Numbered from the stretch's first letter, positions 42,514-53,248 are shown. The stretch: DNA of 64,000 nucleotides from Bacteroidales bacterium (GCA_045606865.1 JAZUST010000145.1:9359-73358), one strand, 5' to 3'. A program made the numbers and translations. The notes: generated by a model from the sequence alone, not told the origin.

Positions 42514-42948
42514 TTAACATTTATTTTTCTCCTTTGATTGCATTTCTGCACCGCAATTCGGACAATAATTGGCTTCATATGCTTCAATACACCCACAACT
42601 TGAACACTCATAATCTTCGCTCTCAAAATCAGGCTCTGCAAAAATTCTCTTTTTAATCCAGTGCATAAGTTTGGGCTTATCTTTATTTGGAATTACAATT
42701 GGTTCAATGTATAATGTTTTAGAGTCATCCATCCTTAAGAAATCCTCAATCTTATTTTTACATTCTTCACAATAATGTTTTTCACCACAAAACATCTTTG
42801 ACATATTTTCACTTGCATTTTGTATATATGTTGTAGCACTATCTCTGCCATCATTAGTAGGATTAATGTCATGCCCATAAACATCGACAGTATAATATGT
42901 GCTACCTTCTATTGGTTTCTTACATCTATCACAAACAAATTGAAACAT
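42514..42948 (-). CDS. zinc-ribbon-rich hypothetical protein
   Basis: 144 aa. CDRC..., ...CEEC..., ...CSSCGC...CPNCG. Confidence 0.7.
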   Translation of the reverse strand: MFQFVCDRCKKPIEGSTYYTVDVYGHDINPTNDGRDSATTYIQNASENMSKMFCGEKHYCEECKNKIEDFLRMDDSKTLYIEPIVIPNKDKPKLMHWIKKRIFAEPDFESEDYECSSCGCIEAYEANYCPNCGAEMQSKEKNKC

Positions 42949-43302
42949 CTATTTAACACTCTCCTTCGGTCTCATAACGGCTCCGCACTGTGGGCAGAAC
43001 TTTGAGCCAGCAAACATATATGGATTTATGTTATTACCCATACCAAGATTATCGTTCTTAGTGTGGCACTTACTACACTTCCACGCTCCAAGTCCCCAAT
43101 CCATGCCATTAGGATCGTAATACCATTCGGCATATTCGATTTCTCTTACGTTGGCAGATGGTATAATATTATCGTTTGTAAGTTCTTTGCAAATCGCCCG
43201 TACTAGAAAATTTATACCTTGCTGAAAGGCATTAGGTTTGTCTGAAGTTTTGTATTTTCTAATACTTTCAATTATTTCATTACCTTTGAAATATCGCGCC
43301 AT
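42949..43302 (-). CDS. hypothetical protein with C-terminal zinc ribbon
   Basis: ATG 43302, 8 nt after AAGGAG, overlapping the upstream TGA. ...CSKCH...CPQCG.... Confidence 0.65.
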   Translation of the reverse strand: MARYFKGNEIIESIRKYKTSDKPNAFQQGINFLVRAICKELTNDNIIPSANVREIEYAEWYYDPNGMDWGLGAWKCSKCHTKNDNLGMGNNINPYMFAGSKFCPQCGAVMRPKESVK

Positions 43303-43790
43303 CACGCATTCTCCTTTAGCCACTTAATACATCCTCGCATTGTATAGCCGTCTTCTCTTATTTTTCGCCCAACCTCATATAACACATCGCCACAAGTTAT
43401 AACGTGTCTTACAGCATAATCTTCTGCAAGTCTTAACAATTCATCCGCTTGCTTGTCGCTCAATTCATACGTTCTCTTTATGTTAGAAACTATGCCATCA
43501 ACCTCAACCGCTTGTGATACAGCATTAACAACACAAGCAAAATTTTGAAAAGCATTAGCGGCTTGTTTAGCGGAAACTCCAGCTTTATAAACCGCTTTGC
43601 CTACTTGCCAAAAACTATAATTTGTCATCATTCTATGTAACAACGCTTCATCAAGATATATTTCTTTATATGTAAGACCTTCAGTTATCACATAGTTACT
43701 GAGATACATTTGACATTCTTTCTTCAAATGATTCTCGGCTATAATTTTGCATCTATATTTATATTCTCTTTTAGAAAGTTGATTTTTCAT
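43302..43790 (-). CDS. hypothetical protein
   Basis: 162 aa. Start overlaps the upstream stop (ATGA). Confidence 0.7.
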   Translation of the reverse strand: MKNQLSKREYKYRCKIIAENHLKKECQMYLSNYVITEGLTYKEIYLDEALLHRMMTNYSFWQVGKAVYKAGVSAKQAANAFQNFACVVNAVSQAVEVDGIVSNIKRTYELSDKQADELLRLAEDYAVRHVITCGDVLYEVGRKIREDGYTMRGCIKWLKENA

Positions 43791-44074
43791 TCATTCTCAC
43801 ACCCGTTTTCAAACCACCGTAATTTTTCTATGCATTCTCTCTGCCAGTTTGTAACATCAACACAACATCTACACCTTTCAGCAAGTTCCTCATCTGCTCC
43901 CGTTGACATCATAAACTCATATCTTCGGTCAATATATTCTTTTTGAACTTCGCAAGTATCGCAAGGGCATATATCAGAGAGTTTTATATTTTGCCATTTC
44001 TTCCAAGGCTTGAATGTTCTATCAAACTGGCTTAACTTTTTAACATTTTCTTCACGATATGTTTTGTAGTCCAT
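43787..44074 (-). CDS. hypothetical protein
   Basis: 95 aa. Cys-containing (CPCDTCE...CRCC). Confidence 0.65.
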   Translation of the reverse strand: MDYKTYREENVKKLSQFDRTFKPWKKWQNIKLSDICPCDTCEVQKEYIDRRYEFMMSTGADEELAERCRCCVDVTNWQRECIEKLRWFENGCENE

Positions 44075-44076
44075 AA

Positions 44077-44553
44077 TTACACCCCGATTATTTTCAAGCC
44101 TCTACGTTTTTGGTCTGGTCTCCATATGTACTGAATACTATCAACGTCAATATTTGTTTCGCCTGTCTCTTTGTTATAATCACCACAGTTTGCTTTTGCA
44201 ACTGTTTTGACGACATCTTCAATGAAACCATATCGTTTAAGCCACTTCTTACGGATTCTTGATTTTTTATGCCAACGAGCCTGTACAAGAATTGGCGTAT
44301 CCCATTCCATAGTAAATGCTGAAGATGTAGATGGTGTTAGTAATTTATCAAAAAGTTCCTGATTAACGATTGTAGGTGATTCACACGTAAAAGTAGCAGA
44401 GTTTGTAAATCCTTTAATTGTTTTCTGTGGTTCTTCTTTTTTACTCCATTCCTCTACTTCCATTTCTAAAGGAGCAACCTCACCTAAATCAAACTGTTCA
44501 CCGCTATCCCGGTCAATCATTGTTAAAAATCCTGTTCCTAATTCAAAACCCAC
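44077..44553 (-). CDS. hypothetical protein
   Basis: 158 aa. Start is GTG 44553 or an internal ATG. TAA stop. Confidence 0.65.
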   Translation of the reverse strand: MGFELGTGFLTMIDRDSGEQFDLGEVAPLEMEVEEWSKKEEPQKTIKGFTNSATFTCESPTIVNQELFDKLLTPSTSSAFTMEWDTPILVQARWHKKSRIRKKWLKRYGFIEDVVKTVAKANCGDYNKETGETNIDVDSIQYIWRPDQKRRGLKIIGV

Positions 44554-44557
44554 TTAA

Positions 44558-44911
44558 TCACCATCCTCTTATAAGCCATTTAATCAATTCCCAAATCAGT
44601 TTTACAACTTGTCCCTTATCAAGTCTTATACCCTCACAGGTGTAGTCGCCAACTTTTCTTTCTCTCAAGAAAGATTTATGAGTATCTTTATCATAATCCA
44701 TAACATCACGAGGAACTTCGCCATACACTCTTAAGAACCAATCGTAATGCTCTTGGTCTGTCTTTTCCCTACAATTGATTCTTAAATAAGTTTCGCCTAC
44801 CGTGTTACTTGTATATCCTTCAATAATACCCATTGCTTCCGGGTCTCTGTCTGTACCTTCTGTATAAGTTCTATCTACTATCTTAAATGCCACTGTTTTC
44901 CACTCCTTCAT
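44558..44911 (-). CDS. hypothetical protein
   Basis: 117 aa. Overlaps the upstream gene's end. TGA stop. Confidence 0.65.
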   Translation of the reverse strand: MKEWKTVAFKIVDRTYTEGTDRDPEAMGIIEGYTSNTVGETYLRINCREKTDQEHYDWFLRVYGEVPRDVMDYDKDTHKSFLRERKVGDYTCEGIRLDKGQVVKLIWELIKWLIRGW

Positions 44912-45110
44912 CTTCTAAGGATAATCTTACAAAGTCTTTGGCGATAGAGCATAAATCAAACGCTTCTTCTTTAAGGGTGATTGTTTTCTTTTTGCTATTA
45001 AAAGTTGCGATAACACCTGCCGAATTTTTACCACAATGTTTCATTAAGTAATGAATGTGTGGTCTGTGTTTTACAAAATCTTTTGAAACAAACAGCGTAT
45101 TTTCTTCCAT
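44883..45110 (-). CDS. hypothetical protein
   Basis: ATG 45110 after TTGGAGG. 75 aa. Confidence 0.6.
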   Translation of the reverse strand: MEENTLFVSKDFVKHRPHIHYLMKHCGKNSAGVIATFNSKKKTITLKEEAFDLCSIAKDFVRLSLEDEGVENSGI

Positions 45111-45148
45111 ATCTACCTCCAAATTAAAATCCCGATAAAAGTCCTATT

Positions 45149-45319
45149 TCAAAGTGAAAATCGTGTCCTGAAACCCGCATAAATAGGGGCTTTCAGGACT
45201 TGCGATTTTTGATTCTTCTCTTTTCCACCATAAACTACAGTGTTCACACTACCTTTGTGTGGGCGAAAACATTGGTTGCCATTAAAATATTTGCAATCAT
45301 AACATTCTTCATTTAGCAT
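45149..45319 (-). CDS. possible small Cys protein coupled to the polymerase stop
   Basis: ATG 45319 overlaps the dnaE TAA (ATATGCTAA). MLNEECYDCKYFNGNQCF.... Its 3' part coincides with a terminator hairpin, so the real extent is doubtful. Confidence 0.35.
   Translation of the reverse strand: MLNEECYDCKYFNGNQCFRPHKGSVNTVVYGGKEKNQKSQVLKAPIYAGFRTRFSL
45150..45199 (-). terminator. probable terminator after the replication operon
   Basis: Long hairpin GTCCTGAAA-CCC...GGG-TTTCAGGAC (45165-45199), followed on the minus strand by ACGATTTTCACTTT. Confidence 0.5.
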
Positions 45320-48300
45320 ATTCTGTATTTGTCCACCCACCATTCTTTTTCTGTGTCTTTTACCCAGTCACCATTAACAAATCGTCGTTTAAAATCTTGG
45401 TGTTGATCTAATACTTGAATGATGTCTCCTCGCTTCAAAGGGTTTTGTCTAAATAAATCCTTCTTCATTTTTACGGGTATCTCATTGCCGTTGGCAAGAG
45501 CATATAATTTAATCTTTGGTGAGTATTCAACATTCAAATCTGTAACAACGCAGTAGCCGGAATACTTTTTATCAATAATGTCAAGATACTCTAATGTGTT
45601 ATATCTGTACTGTATAACTTCCTTATTAGATGTCTCTATATCTTTATATTCTCTCATTATTTCATCAATAATGGCTCTTGCATCTATTTTCATAAATGTA
45701 GAAGTTGCTTCGTTGTCGCAATGCCTTCTCAATAAATCAAAATCAAGACCTTGTTCATAAGCTTTGTCTTTTTTGTACTGAGATAAAAACCTTTTACTGT
45801 TATCACTATAAAACATTTTAAAAACTTCAAATAGTTTTTCAAGATACTTGATGTTGCCAAACTCACTAAAATAATTAATTTTTATCAGCTCAGATATTCT
45901 TGTTTCTGCTATTCCGTTCTGTCGTAGCTCTAATAACAAATCAATAAAACTATCGTAGTGATTATCCTTTAATGAATACAGGAAGTCTGCAATCTTGTTT
46001 GAAAAACCTTTTATTGATAGCAATGATGGGTTTATATATTTATTCTCTTTATCAATGGAGAACTCTCTGTTATCGAGTCTAAACTTGTAATCGCCATTTC
46101 TTATGCCAAAAGCCTGTTGCATTTCTTTTTTATAGGCAGTTACCTTATTTTTCTCGCCTTTTTCTGATAAGTGCTGCATCATAACCGAATAGAATTCATA
46201 TGGATAATGAGCCTTTAAGTATGCACCATAGACACTATCATAGGCATAAGAGTAAGCATGGGATGCATTAAATGCGTACTTTGAAAAGGCTTCCATAATA
46301 CTCCAAGTCTTTTCGAAACCATCTTCAGTGCCGGTATGTGCAACCCAACTCTTGATGAGTTTTGCTTTAAGATCAGCTAATTCTTTTTCTTTGAACTTCT
46401 TTTTGCTGATTTTCTTGATAATGGCATATGTTTCGGTCTGCTCAATACCAAGCCAACCAAGATAAGTCATGATATTTTCCTGATACATTATGTAGTGGAA
46501 ACTATCTTTTAATAGATTATCAAGCTCTTTAACGCCTGTTGAATATGGTTTTCTGTCTAAGAAATTGTCAAGCTGTGTCTTAAATCCCGGTCTTAAAGCA
46601 CTTACCAAAGCAGTAAGTTCCTGCATATTTTTAGGTTTATATCTCATAGAACAGCCTCTTGCAAAGTCCGACTCCATCTGATTCACGCCCAAAGTATAGC
46701 CCTTTTCATACAGTTCCCAAGTTTTTTTGTCGTTTTCAACTATTTTTGTCATATCAGGAACTGAATAAGTTGGTATTCCAACCTTGTCAAAGACCTTATT
46801 TATGGTTAACCATACATCAACTTTAAGCAAATCGTTCTTAACAAACTTATAATTTTCAGCAACCATACCGTCAATTACAGTCGTAATTACACTTTTACTC
46901 TCAACATCTTCGCCTTTTTTGTTTTCAGGAACACATCTTATTAAGCCGATTTCTCTCTTAATATCTCCCCCATATATCAAATATCCGCAAGGAGCTTGTG
47001 ATTTTGCATTAATAATACCCCTATACTTTTTACTTTCGTCAAGGTATTTATGGTATCTCGAATCAACGAAATCGTAAATATCAAGTGCTTCTTTTTCTTC
47101 TGGCGTATCAGCGTGTTTCAATGCAGTTTCATATGCACGGATTTCAGATGTGATATTATTTGCGATATCAAAATCAAGGTTTTGAGATTTTGCATACAAT
47201 TTAAATGCAGACGATGCCTGTAAAGGCTTATAAGAAATCATAGGATAAGCATGTCCACCGCTACCATAAATTTCTGTCATTATCTCATCTTGTGCTTCAG
47301 CAAAAATCTCAGGTGTCCCTAAATTCAAGTCCAAATCAGGTAAAGATTTTGTCTCTAAGATTCTTGTTTTCGACATAAATCTGTCGGGATACAGTTTTAC
47401 AGGTGAGATAAAGCGGTCTATATCACTAAATCCCAACAAAGAATTCACATAATAAGAAACACCACTACCTCTGCCGGACTTAGTAATTATTCCACCTTTA
47501 GATAAACCACGTTCAACTAATTTATAGTCAATAATAAAATAATCTGTCATTTTTGTACCGATAATGGCATCAAGTTCATAGTTGATTCCATCGGTGTATT
47601 CCTGCCATCTATCTTCGCTAATAGTGTTTTTTATATTATCCCATTGTAATGATACAAGATTTTTTAAAACATTGTCTTTTTCTTCTTGTGTCATACTTAA
47701 ATCACTTGATGGCAATTTTATGTCTTTATCAAAATACAAATCATCAAAATCAAGCAATAGGTCTGTATTTTTCATGCATCTCTCTATTTCTTCTTCGGAG
47801 AGAATGCCCTGTGTCCTAAGTCGGTTTCTTACTGTTTCATCATCAGGATAATCCATATACCATCCTGATTCTTCGTCTTCGTCTTTTATGTAATTCTTTC
47901 TTCGTGTAGAAATATAATTATCTCGCTCAACAAAATCTTCTTCATAAATGTAATGGCTATCATACCCAAAGATGATATCAATGCCATATTTTTTACTCAG
48001 TTCCAAAATCCTTTTGTTAAGTTGTTTTTGTGCGTCTGTGTTGTGGCACTGAATCTCTAAGAAGAAGTTATCTCCAAAATGCTTATGTAACTGTACTGTT
48101 ATATCTTCAATATCATCATACTTCCAGTATGCAAGACAAGCAGTAGTTACCATAACATTTTCAGGTTTTATTCTCATTAGCAATTCCAAATCTATTCTTG
48201 GCTGACCATAATATCCATCAATATTCGCATCAGATAATACTTCGTTAATATCACGTCTGCCCTCTTCATTTTTTGCAAGTAGAATCATATGACAATTACT

Positions 48301-48669
48301 TCTGTCTCGCTGCATTACATAATTGCCGTCTTTATCTGTCTTATATTCACCTGACTTTTTATCTTTAACTGGATATTCTTTTTTCCTGTCTTTAACCCAG
48401 TAAGCCTCAGCTCCAAAGACAAATTTAAGAAGTTCTTTTTTGTATTCTTCCTGAGTAATAGTTCCTTCTTCAAGTTTTTTTCTTGCCTTTTCATTATTCT
48501 TTTCAACAAGTTCATAAGGAACATAGTAATTTGATTGAAAGCCATGTTCAACACTCGATATTACCTTATGTCCAAGTTCCTTTGCTCTTTCTACATATGC
48601 TTCATATGATGTTGGACAATCAGCAACCAAGGCATTAGTAAACCAACTATGTTTATGATAATTTTGCAA
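45313..48669 (-). CDS. dnaE: DNA polymerase III alpha-type (DnaE-like) replicative polymerase
   Basis: 1118 aa. N-terminal PHP domain (...HKHSWFTNALVADC...ISSVEHGF...), a central pol-III alpha core (...GRGSGVSYYVN...LPDLDLN...) and an OB-like C-terminus. Confidence 0.9.
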   Translation of the reverse strand: MQNYHKHSWFTNALVADCPTSYEAYVERAKELGHKVISSVEHGFQSNYYVPYELVEKNNEKARKKLEEGTITQEEYKKELLKFVFGAEAYWVKDRKKEYPVKDKKSGEYKTDKDGNYVMQRDRSNCHMILLAKNEEGRRDINEVLSDANIDGYYGQPRIDLELLMRIKPENVMVTTACLAYWKYDDIEDITVQLHKHFGDNFFLEIQCHNTDAQKQLNKRILELSKKYGIDIIFGYDSHYIYEEDFVERDNYISTRRKNYIKDEDEESGWYMDYPDDETVRNRLRTQGILSEEEIERCMKNTDLLLDFDDLYFDKDIKLPSSDLSMTQEEKDNVLKNLVSLQWDNIKNTISEDRWQEYTDGINYELDAIIGTKMTDYFIIDYKLVERGLSKGGIITKSGRGSGVSYYVNSLLGFSDIDRFISPVKLYPDRFMSKTRILETKSLPDLDLNLGTPEIFAEAQDEIMTEIYGSGGHAYPMISYKPLQASSAFKLYAKSQNLDFDIANNITSEIRAYETALKHADTPEEKEALDIYDFVDSRYHKYLDESKKYRGIINAKSQAPCGYLIYGGDIKREIGLIRCVPENKKGEDVESKSVITTVIDGMVAENYKFVKNDLLKVDVWLTINKVFDKVGIPTYSVPDMTKIVENDKKTWELYEKGYTLGVNQMESDFARGCSMRYKPKNMQELTALVSALRPGFKTQLDNFLDRKPYSTGVKELDNLLKDSFHYIMYQENIMTYLGWLGIEQTETYAIIKKISKKKFKEKELADLKAKLIKSWVAHTGTEDGFEKTWSIMEAFSKYAFNASHAYSYAYDSVYGAYLKAHYPYEFYSVMMQHLSEKGEKNKVTAYKKEMQQAFGIRNGDYKFRLDNREFSIDKENKYINPSLLSIKGFSNKIADFLYSLKDNHYDSFIDLLLELRQNGIAETRISELIKINYFSEFGNIKYLEKLFEVFKMFYSDNSKRFLSQYKKDKAYEQGLDFDLLRRHCDNEATSTFMKIDARAIIDEIMREYKDIETSNKEVIQYRYNTLEYLDIIDKKYSGYCVVTDLNVEYSPKIKLYALANGNEIPVKMKKDLFRQNPLKRGDIIQVLDQHQDFKRRFVNGDWVKDTEKEWWVDKYRIC

Positions 48670-48686
48670 ACAATCACTCCTGTTCC

Positions 48687-49475
48687 TTATAATCTGTATT
48701 CACACGCACAATTTCTCATATCGCAAAGATTCTGACAAAAATATGCAGATGGATTTGGCAACCAAGCCGTTTCGTTTTCTATTGCTTTGACGGTATCTTC
48801 CGCCCATTGTTTTGCTTCTTCAAACTCTTCGTCATCAAACTCCACCTCAAGCCAATTCCTATCTTTAAAAAGATTCCATATTAAGTATTTTGGTTTAACA
48901 CCATATTCTTCTATTACCGGAATGGAATATAGGTAAAGCTGTCTTTTAAACTTCAAAACATCTTTCTTGTTTTGTTGGCTAACAGTTCCGTTTTTATTAA
49001 ATTTAATGCTTTGGCTCTTATGGTCTAAAACAATAATATCTCCTGTTTCTTTATCCTTTAAAAGAAGGTCTATATATCCAATAACCTCGTAGCCGCCAAT
49101 TATAAACTTAACTTCTTTTTCTATCCCAAGAATTTCGTATTTATCTAAAATCAAATCTATATTATCAAGATAATCCAGTCCTTTATCGTAGTAAGATTGT
49201 CTAATATCTACATATTTGTTAGGGGGAGCATCATGTATAACATACTCATTGAAATGTTCTTCATAATACTGAGAAATTTCAAATAATGATAGCTCCCCTT
49301 TTTCATACTTTTCTAATATAGAGTGCATAAATGAACCATATTCAGCAAAAAAGTTTGTTTCGCCTTCGGTGCACTGTATGTATTTCAGATAAAAACCATA
49401 GGGACACTGATGAAAAGAAGATAATCTACTAAAAGACCAAAGCATGCAGTCGATTATAAATCTGTCTTCGTTCAT
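48687..49475 (-). CDS. PD-(D/E)XK nuclease with Cas4-like Cys cluster
   Basis: N-terminal ...FHQCPYGFY..., core ...GYIDLLLKDKETGDIIVLDHKS..., C-terminal ...CQNLCDMRNCACEY. Confidence 0.85.
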   Translation of the reverse strand: MNEDRFIIDCMLWSFSRLSSFHQCPYGFYLKYIQCTEGETNFFAEYGSFMHSILEKYEKGELSLFEISQYYEEHFNEYVIHDAPPNKYVDIRQSYYDKGLDYLDNIDLILDKYEILGIEKEVKFIIGGYEVIGYIDLLLKDKETGDIIVLDHKSQSIKFNKNGTVSQQNKKDVLKFKRQLYLYSIPVIEEYGVKPKYLIWNLFKDRNWLEVEFDDEEFEEAKQWAEDTVKAIENETAWLPNPSAYFCQNLCDMRNCACEYRL

Positions 49476-49484
49476 TGTTCCTCC

Positions 49485-51401
49485 TTACTTATCAGGAAAC
49501 TCATCTACGGCTGACCTATCTACATATGGCAATTTACTTGAATAAACATTGTCATCCCAAGCAAATTGAGCATCATATTCTTCATAGTCCGTATAGAATC
49601 TTCTTGATGTCAGGTCATACCAAAGCCCCATTTGAAAATCTGCCTTGCCTAAAAGTCTATCTTTAATCACAGTTAAAACAACATCATATTTACCCCACTT
49701 GGATTTTGGATCTTCCTTTTCTTTTTTTGATGTTCTTCTAAGACCAACGGAACGCATTGCTAAATTGATAATATTTGAACTGCCTGATATATCATACATT
49801 TCGATATCTGAATTAGCATCTTGCGTTTTTCTTGGATGTGCAATCAACACAACCGCCACATTAAACTTACTTGCAAACTTAATAAGTGTGTTAATAAGGT
49901 TTGTTTGGGCAGTATTTTTATCACTTTCTGAGCATTGTAAGTCCAACATCATCAAATTATCGAGAACGACAAGCTTCGTACCGTACTTTCTAACGCATTC
50001 TTCAGCCGATTTCATTACAGAATCAACATCGTTTGGCTCATCATCTTTATATATAAGAAGTTTATTTTTGTAAAAAGACTGCATTTTTTTCTGTATCGTA
50101 GTTGGAACTATATAGTATTTTCTACCATCCTTTGTGGTTTTCTCTTCCATATTTCTTCTACCTGCAATTATGGTGTTAAACCAGTTAGCGCTCATTCTCT
50201 CAGGCATTTCTTTTGAAAATAGGAACACTGGATTGCCTGTATCAATAGTTCTTGCGATAGTTTGGTCAATTATACTGGTCTTACCACTTCCCGGTCTGCC
50301 AGATAATACTGTCAATGTACCATAGAAGAGTTTAATTACTTCATTATCAAATGGTTTAATACCAGTAGTAACACCATCCATTTGCGAAATATCTAACTCA
50401 TCTATATCTGAATAATCTCTTACACTTTTTACTGGAACATCTTTTGCATCGGATATGAGTTTCAGTACATATTCTTTGCCACCAATCTGTAAACAGTCAT
50501 TTATATCATTTAAAGGAATTCTTTTGCCATTTGGTTTTTCAAAATATTCAGGTGTTTCTATATACTTTGTTCGCCAAGTACCAAGACGATAAATACAATC
50601 TTTTCGCATCGTCTGCCCCGGACTATCATTGTCCGACCAAATGATTATTGATTCAAACTCGTTAAGCCATTCCCAGTTCTCTTCTATCCAATGCAAATTA
50701 CCTGCACCAAGAGGAACGCTAACTGTATTCAAATAACCTGCCTCAATAGCACTCGCACAATCTGTTTCTCCTTCGCATATAAGCAAAGGTTTTGATGTAT
50801 TAACACGATTCATATTAAAAAGGAGCGGAGCTGTGTCCGCCCCCGATTGGCACCATGTCTTTGGAGTGTTTGAAGATTTAGTTATTGTTTTTGCAGGTCT
50901 GTACTTGACCATTGTTAGTACATCGTTTGTGTCATAAAAATTAAACACTCCGTTTCCTTGTGTATCTTCTCTGATGTCGAGGTAGTCTATTGTTCTTTTT
51001 GAAATACCACGCTTTCCCCAATATGCAATAACATTAGGTTTATCATTTATTGGTTCTTCATGTGGGTATTTATAGTCTCTTTTGGTTTTTACATCTTGTT
51101 CTCCAAAGCTATATTGAATTCCCGCCTTTTCAAAAAGAAACTTAACAGCACCTAAAAAGGTTTCACCTTTTTCCATCAAAATATCTATAATATCAACGGT
51201 CTTAGAACAACCGAAACAATGGTAGTTATGAGCTTTAGGGTTATAAATGAAGCTTGCAGTTTGTTCGCTATGATAAGGACATCGAGATTTATAATTCTTA
51301 TTATCAAAATCGTCTAAATCAAGTAATTCTGCCATAATAATAGCATTCTCATCACCCAATTTGTCTTTGGCTTTTTCAATTAATTTTTTATCAACGAGCA
51401 A
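49485..51401 (-). CDS. bifunctional DNA primase / DnaB-like helicase
   Basis: CHC2 zinc finger (CPYHSEQTASF...HCFGC), TOPRIM (...LLICEGETDCASAIEAG...WSDNDSPG...), Walker A (...VLSGRPGSGKTS...) and Walker B (...LVVLDNLM...). Confidence 0.9.
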   Translation of the reverse strand: MLVDKKLIEKAKDKLGDENAIIMAELLDLDDFDNKNYKSRCPYHSEQTASFIYNPKAHNYHCFGCSKTVDIIDILMEKGETFLGAVKFLFEKAGIQYSFGEQDVKTKRDYKYPHEEPINDKPNVIAYWGKRGISKRTIDYLDIREDTQGNGVFNFYDTNDVLTMVKYRPAKTITKSSNTPKTWCQSGADTAPLLFNMNRVNTSKPLLICEGETDCASAIEAGYLNTVSVPLGAGNLHWIEENWEWLNEFESIIIWSDNDSPGQTMRKDCIYRLGTWRTKYIETPEYFEKPNGKRIPLNDINDCLQIGGKEYVLKLISDAKDVPVKSVRDYSDIDELDISQMDGVTTGIKPFDNEVIKLFYGTLTVLSGRPGSGKTSIIDQTIARTIDTGNPVFLFSKEMPERMSANWFNTIIAGRRNMEEKTTKDGRKYYIVPTTIQKKMQSFYKNKLLIYKDDEPNDVDSVMKSAEECVRKYGTKLVVLDNLMMLDLQCSESDKNTAQTNLINTLIKFASKFNVAVVLIAHPRKTQDANSDIEMYDISGSSNIINLAMRSVGLRRTSKKEKEDPKSKWGKYDVVLTVIKDRLLGKADFQMGLWYDLTSRRFYTDYEEYDAQFAWDDNVYSSKLPYVDRSAVDEFPDK

Positions 51402-51411
51402 ATCTTCACCC

Positions 51412-51759
51412 CTATACTGTAAATTCTCTTGTCCAAAACAATGTTTTCAAACCATATAGAGCATATACCGGCTTGTCCTTATAATATCCAGAAGACGTTT
51501 CGACTTGTTTTATAATGTATTCTATTGGAACTCTGTATTTATAAACAAGTGTATTTAACGTTCTTAAAATTACAGGATATTGTTTCTTGTCGCCAATAAT
51601 AGTCATATATAATTCTGCACATTCTTGGATTTTTTGCTTTCTTTCTGCACAATCCCAATGATAGTGCTTTTTGCTTATCACCACTGATTCTAAGGAAGAT
51701 ACCTTTTCTCCGTGGTGTAAACAATGTTTATATGCACAGACATATTTCTTATCTGCCAT
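51412..51759 (-). CDS. hypothetical protein (N-terminal Cys/His cluster)
   Basis: 115 aa. ...CAYKHCLHHGE...HYHWDC.... Lies between the SSB and primase genes. Confidence 0.7.
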   Translation of the reverse strand: MADKKYVCAYKHCLHHGEKVSSLESVVISKKHYHWDCAERKQKIQECAELYMTIIGDKKQYPVILRTLNTLVYKYRVPIEYIIKQVETSSGYYKDKPVYALYGLKTLFWTREFTV

Positions 51760-51764
51760 ATTGA

Positions 51765-52166
51765 TTATGCAAAGGGAAGTTCGTCAGTATCGTCGATAGG
51801 AGCAAAATCATTTACATCTGCAACGGGAGCAGTGTTATTATTGTTGTCTCCTTTGCTTTCAACAAAGTAAACCTCATCGGCTGCAACTTCTGTTACATAT
51901 ACCTTTTTGCCATCTTTGTCATCGTAATTTCTTGTCTGAATACTACCAACAACACCAATCATTCTGCCTTTTGTGAAATACTTTGAAACAAACTCAGCAG
52001 TCTGTCTCCATGCAGTACAGTTGATAAAGTCAGCATCGTAATTACCTTCGGCATTCTTATATCTTCTATTTACAGCAACAGAAAATGAGCATACATTAGT
52101 GCCATTGGCTGTTGATTTAAGTTCAGGATCTCTTGTGAGTCTTCCTACCAAAATTGCTTTATTCAT
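51765..52166 (-). CDS. ssb: single-stranded DNA-binding protein
   Basis: MNKAILVGRLTRDPELK...NVCSFSVAVNR...DFINCTAWRQTAE...VVGSIQTRNYDDKDG.... Acidic ...DDTDELPF tail. Confidence 0.95.
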   Translation of the reverse strand: MNKAILVGRLTRDPELKSTANGTNVCSFSVAVNRRYKNAEGNYDADFINCTAWRQTAEFVSKYFTKGRMIGVVGSIQTRNYDDKDGKKVYVTEVAADEVYFVESKGDNNNNTAPVADVNDFAPIDDTDELPFA

Positions 52167-52184
52167 ATATATTGTTTCCTCCTA

Positions 52185-53129
52185 TTATTTAACGGGCTTA
52201 ATTGCCTTCAGCTTGTCCAAACATTCTTTTGCAACCGCAATATCCTTGATTCCTTTAGGGTTACCGCTCGGAATATAAGCCTTTAATGTCTCCATAAGTT
52301 CAGCGTTCTTTGTGCCACCTAATTTTGTGCAAAGAGCAACCATTTCTTTATGGATTGCATCAAGTTCATCTACGACATCAATTGTATCTGTTGCTTCTTT
52401 TCTTACTACAGGAGTATAGCCTTCGCCCGAATTAGCCCACTGCATAATCTTTTTACCATGATTTTCAGTAAGAAGAGTTGCACCTTCATGCTCAAAGATA
52501 TGAGTGTTGTCTTTCTGAACTTCTGCACAGTTTGTTTTCTGGTCAATTAAGAATGTGCAAGTAAATTCATATTCAAAACCATCTCTCTGTTTCGCACCAA
52601 CACCAAGTTTCTGAACTGAAGTCTTGCCTCTATCATCCTTGCTTACTTCATACTGATCTTTACCACGCATTGTAGCAATAATATGAATCTGTGAATCGGC
52701 AATCGCTTCAATGAACTTGTTATGTCTTGGCGTTACCTTACCCCAAGCCTGATATGTACCACCTGCTTGCTGCTGAAGTTCAAGACATCCGCCCTTACCT
52801 TCCCATTCATGTGAAGATGAGTCGATAATCAAAATGTCATAGCCTTCTGATACTGCAAACTCAACGAGTTCAACATATTTCTCAGGATTATGAGGTGCGT
52901 CAATATCAACAATATCGTAGTCAAACTCATTTGCATAATAGTAGCCACGTTTCTGCTCTGTGTTAGCAAAGAGGATTCTTGCATCCTTACCTGTGGTATT
53001 CTTGATTTCTTCTGCCATACCAGTTGCTAAACGCAAACTTCCGTATGTTTTACCTCCGCCTGACGGAGCCATCAATGCAATCTTGACGTAAATTTTTTCT
53101 CTTTTTGCTTTCTTAACCTGAAATGCCAA
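52185..53129 (-). CDS. Sak4-like / AAA_24-type recombination ATPase
   Basis: TTG after AGGAGG. Walker A ...IALMAPSGGGKTYGSL..., Walker B ...ILIIDSSSHEWEG.... Confidence 0.8.
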   Translation of the reverse strand: MAFQVKKAKREKIYVKIALMAPSGGGKTYGSLRLATGMAEEIKNTTGKDARILFANTEQKRGYYYANEFDYDIVDIDAPHNPEKYVELVEFAVSEGYDILIIDSSSHEWEGKGGCLELQQQAGGTYQAWGKVTPRHNKFIEAIADSQIHIIATMRGKDQYEVSKDDRGKTSVQKLGVGAKQRDGFEYEFTCTFLIDQKTNCAEVQKDNTHIFEHEGATLLTENHGKKIMQWANSGEGYTPVVRKEATDTIDVVDELDAIHKEMVALCTKLGGTKNAELMETLKAYIPSGNPKGIKDIAVAKECLDKLKAIKPVK

Positions 53130-53248
53130 ATTTAATTTCCTCCTAAAATTTCAATTATTTTTATATATATAAACGCCGTTGCCGACGGTAACAAAAATTA
53201 ATCTATGATTAACTTGCTATGCAAGGTTGAAAAGAATGTTACATAGTA

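Noticed and set aside
26299-51401. Inteins or introns in the RNR, DnaE-type polymerase or primase-helicase genes.
   Set aside because: All three are single uninterrupted ORFs of ordinary length for their families. No Cys/Ser...HN splice-junction blocks or LAGLIDADG inserts are visible.
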